Shown here: piece by piece, positions 63,791-64,000 of the stretch
How the letters are laid out: each line of letters starts with the position of its first letter
Numbering within the stretch: position 1 is the first letter of the stretch
Assembly (NCBI GenBank): GCA_047495785.1
Contig: JBLDXI010000021.1
Coordinates: 1,426,001-1,490,000, forward strand
From: Lepidodermella squamata
Lineage: Eukaryota > Animalia > Gastrotricha
Reading direction: 5' to 3'
Length of the DNA: 64,000 nt
Position numbers and translations under genes: made by a program
Notes under the pieces: generated by a model
The model's database searches: none
Told to the model about the DNA's origin: nothing
The model's input: the letters and a program-made list of their open reading frames with translations, nothing else

Positions 63791-64000
63791 CTCAAGTGCC
63801 ATCAGATATAAGATAACTTTCCGATTCAAATGATTTGATGAAGCTTCGGTGAAAAATAAAATTCGAGGCAGATTTAGGTTGAGTCGAAGATTTTGATATA
63901 AGGCGCATATTTCGATTAAATTGCTATTTTACAATGATTAGGCTTGTATGTATAAGCAAACGTGATTTTCATGAGAGCGCCATAAAAAAATGCGCCTAAT

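Overview
This is eukaryotic, not prokaryotic, DNA. It comes from a compact invertebrate animal genome with mostly 50-65 nt GT-AG introns, the standard genetic code and no visible CpG depletion. A motile-cilia gene is present, which argues against a nematode; a small-bodied spiralian is plausible but cannot be shown. Manual splicing gives about 16 protein-coding genes: a partial BEN-like gene inside a probable CCCAG-terminal DNA transposon, CFAP43 (with an RFX X-box), BCL7, a 4x NtA/TIMP-like membrane protein, two paralogous small secreted proteins, a lysozyme-like+vWA membrane protein, beta-glucuronidase, a class A peptide GPCR, TPST, C11orf54, a Patched-related protein, a secreted EGF/L-type-lectin protein with an internal duplication, a Thr-rich secreted protein, a WAP protein and two tandem GPI-type ACE genes. 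Several MITE-like elements are also present. The most striking unexplained feature is a ~700-nt, densely base-paired, G.U-rich plus-strand segment (8994-9699) between the divergent CFAP43 and BCL7 starts. Its layout resembles telomerase RNA/H-ACA RNA, but it has no canonical template. All domain calls come from motif recognition by eye, not from database searches.
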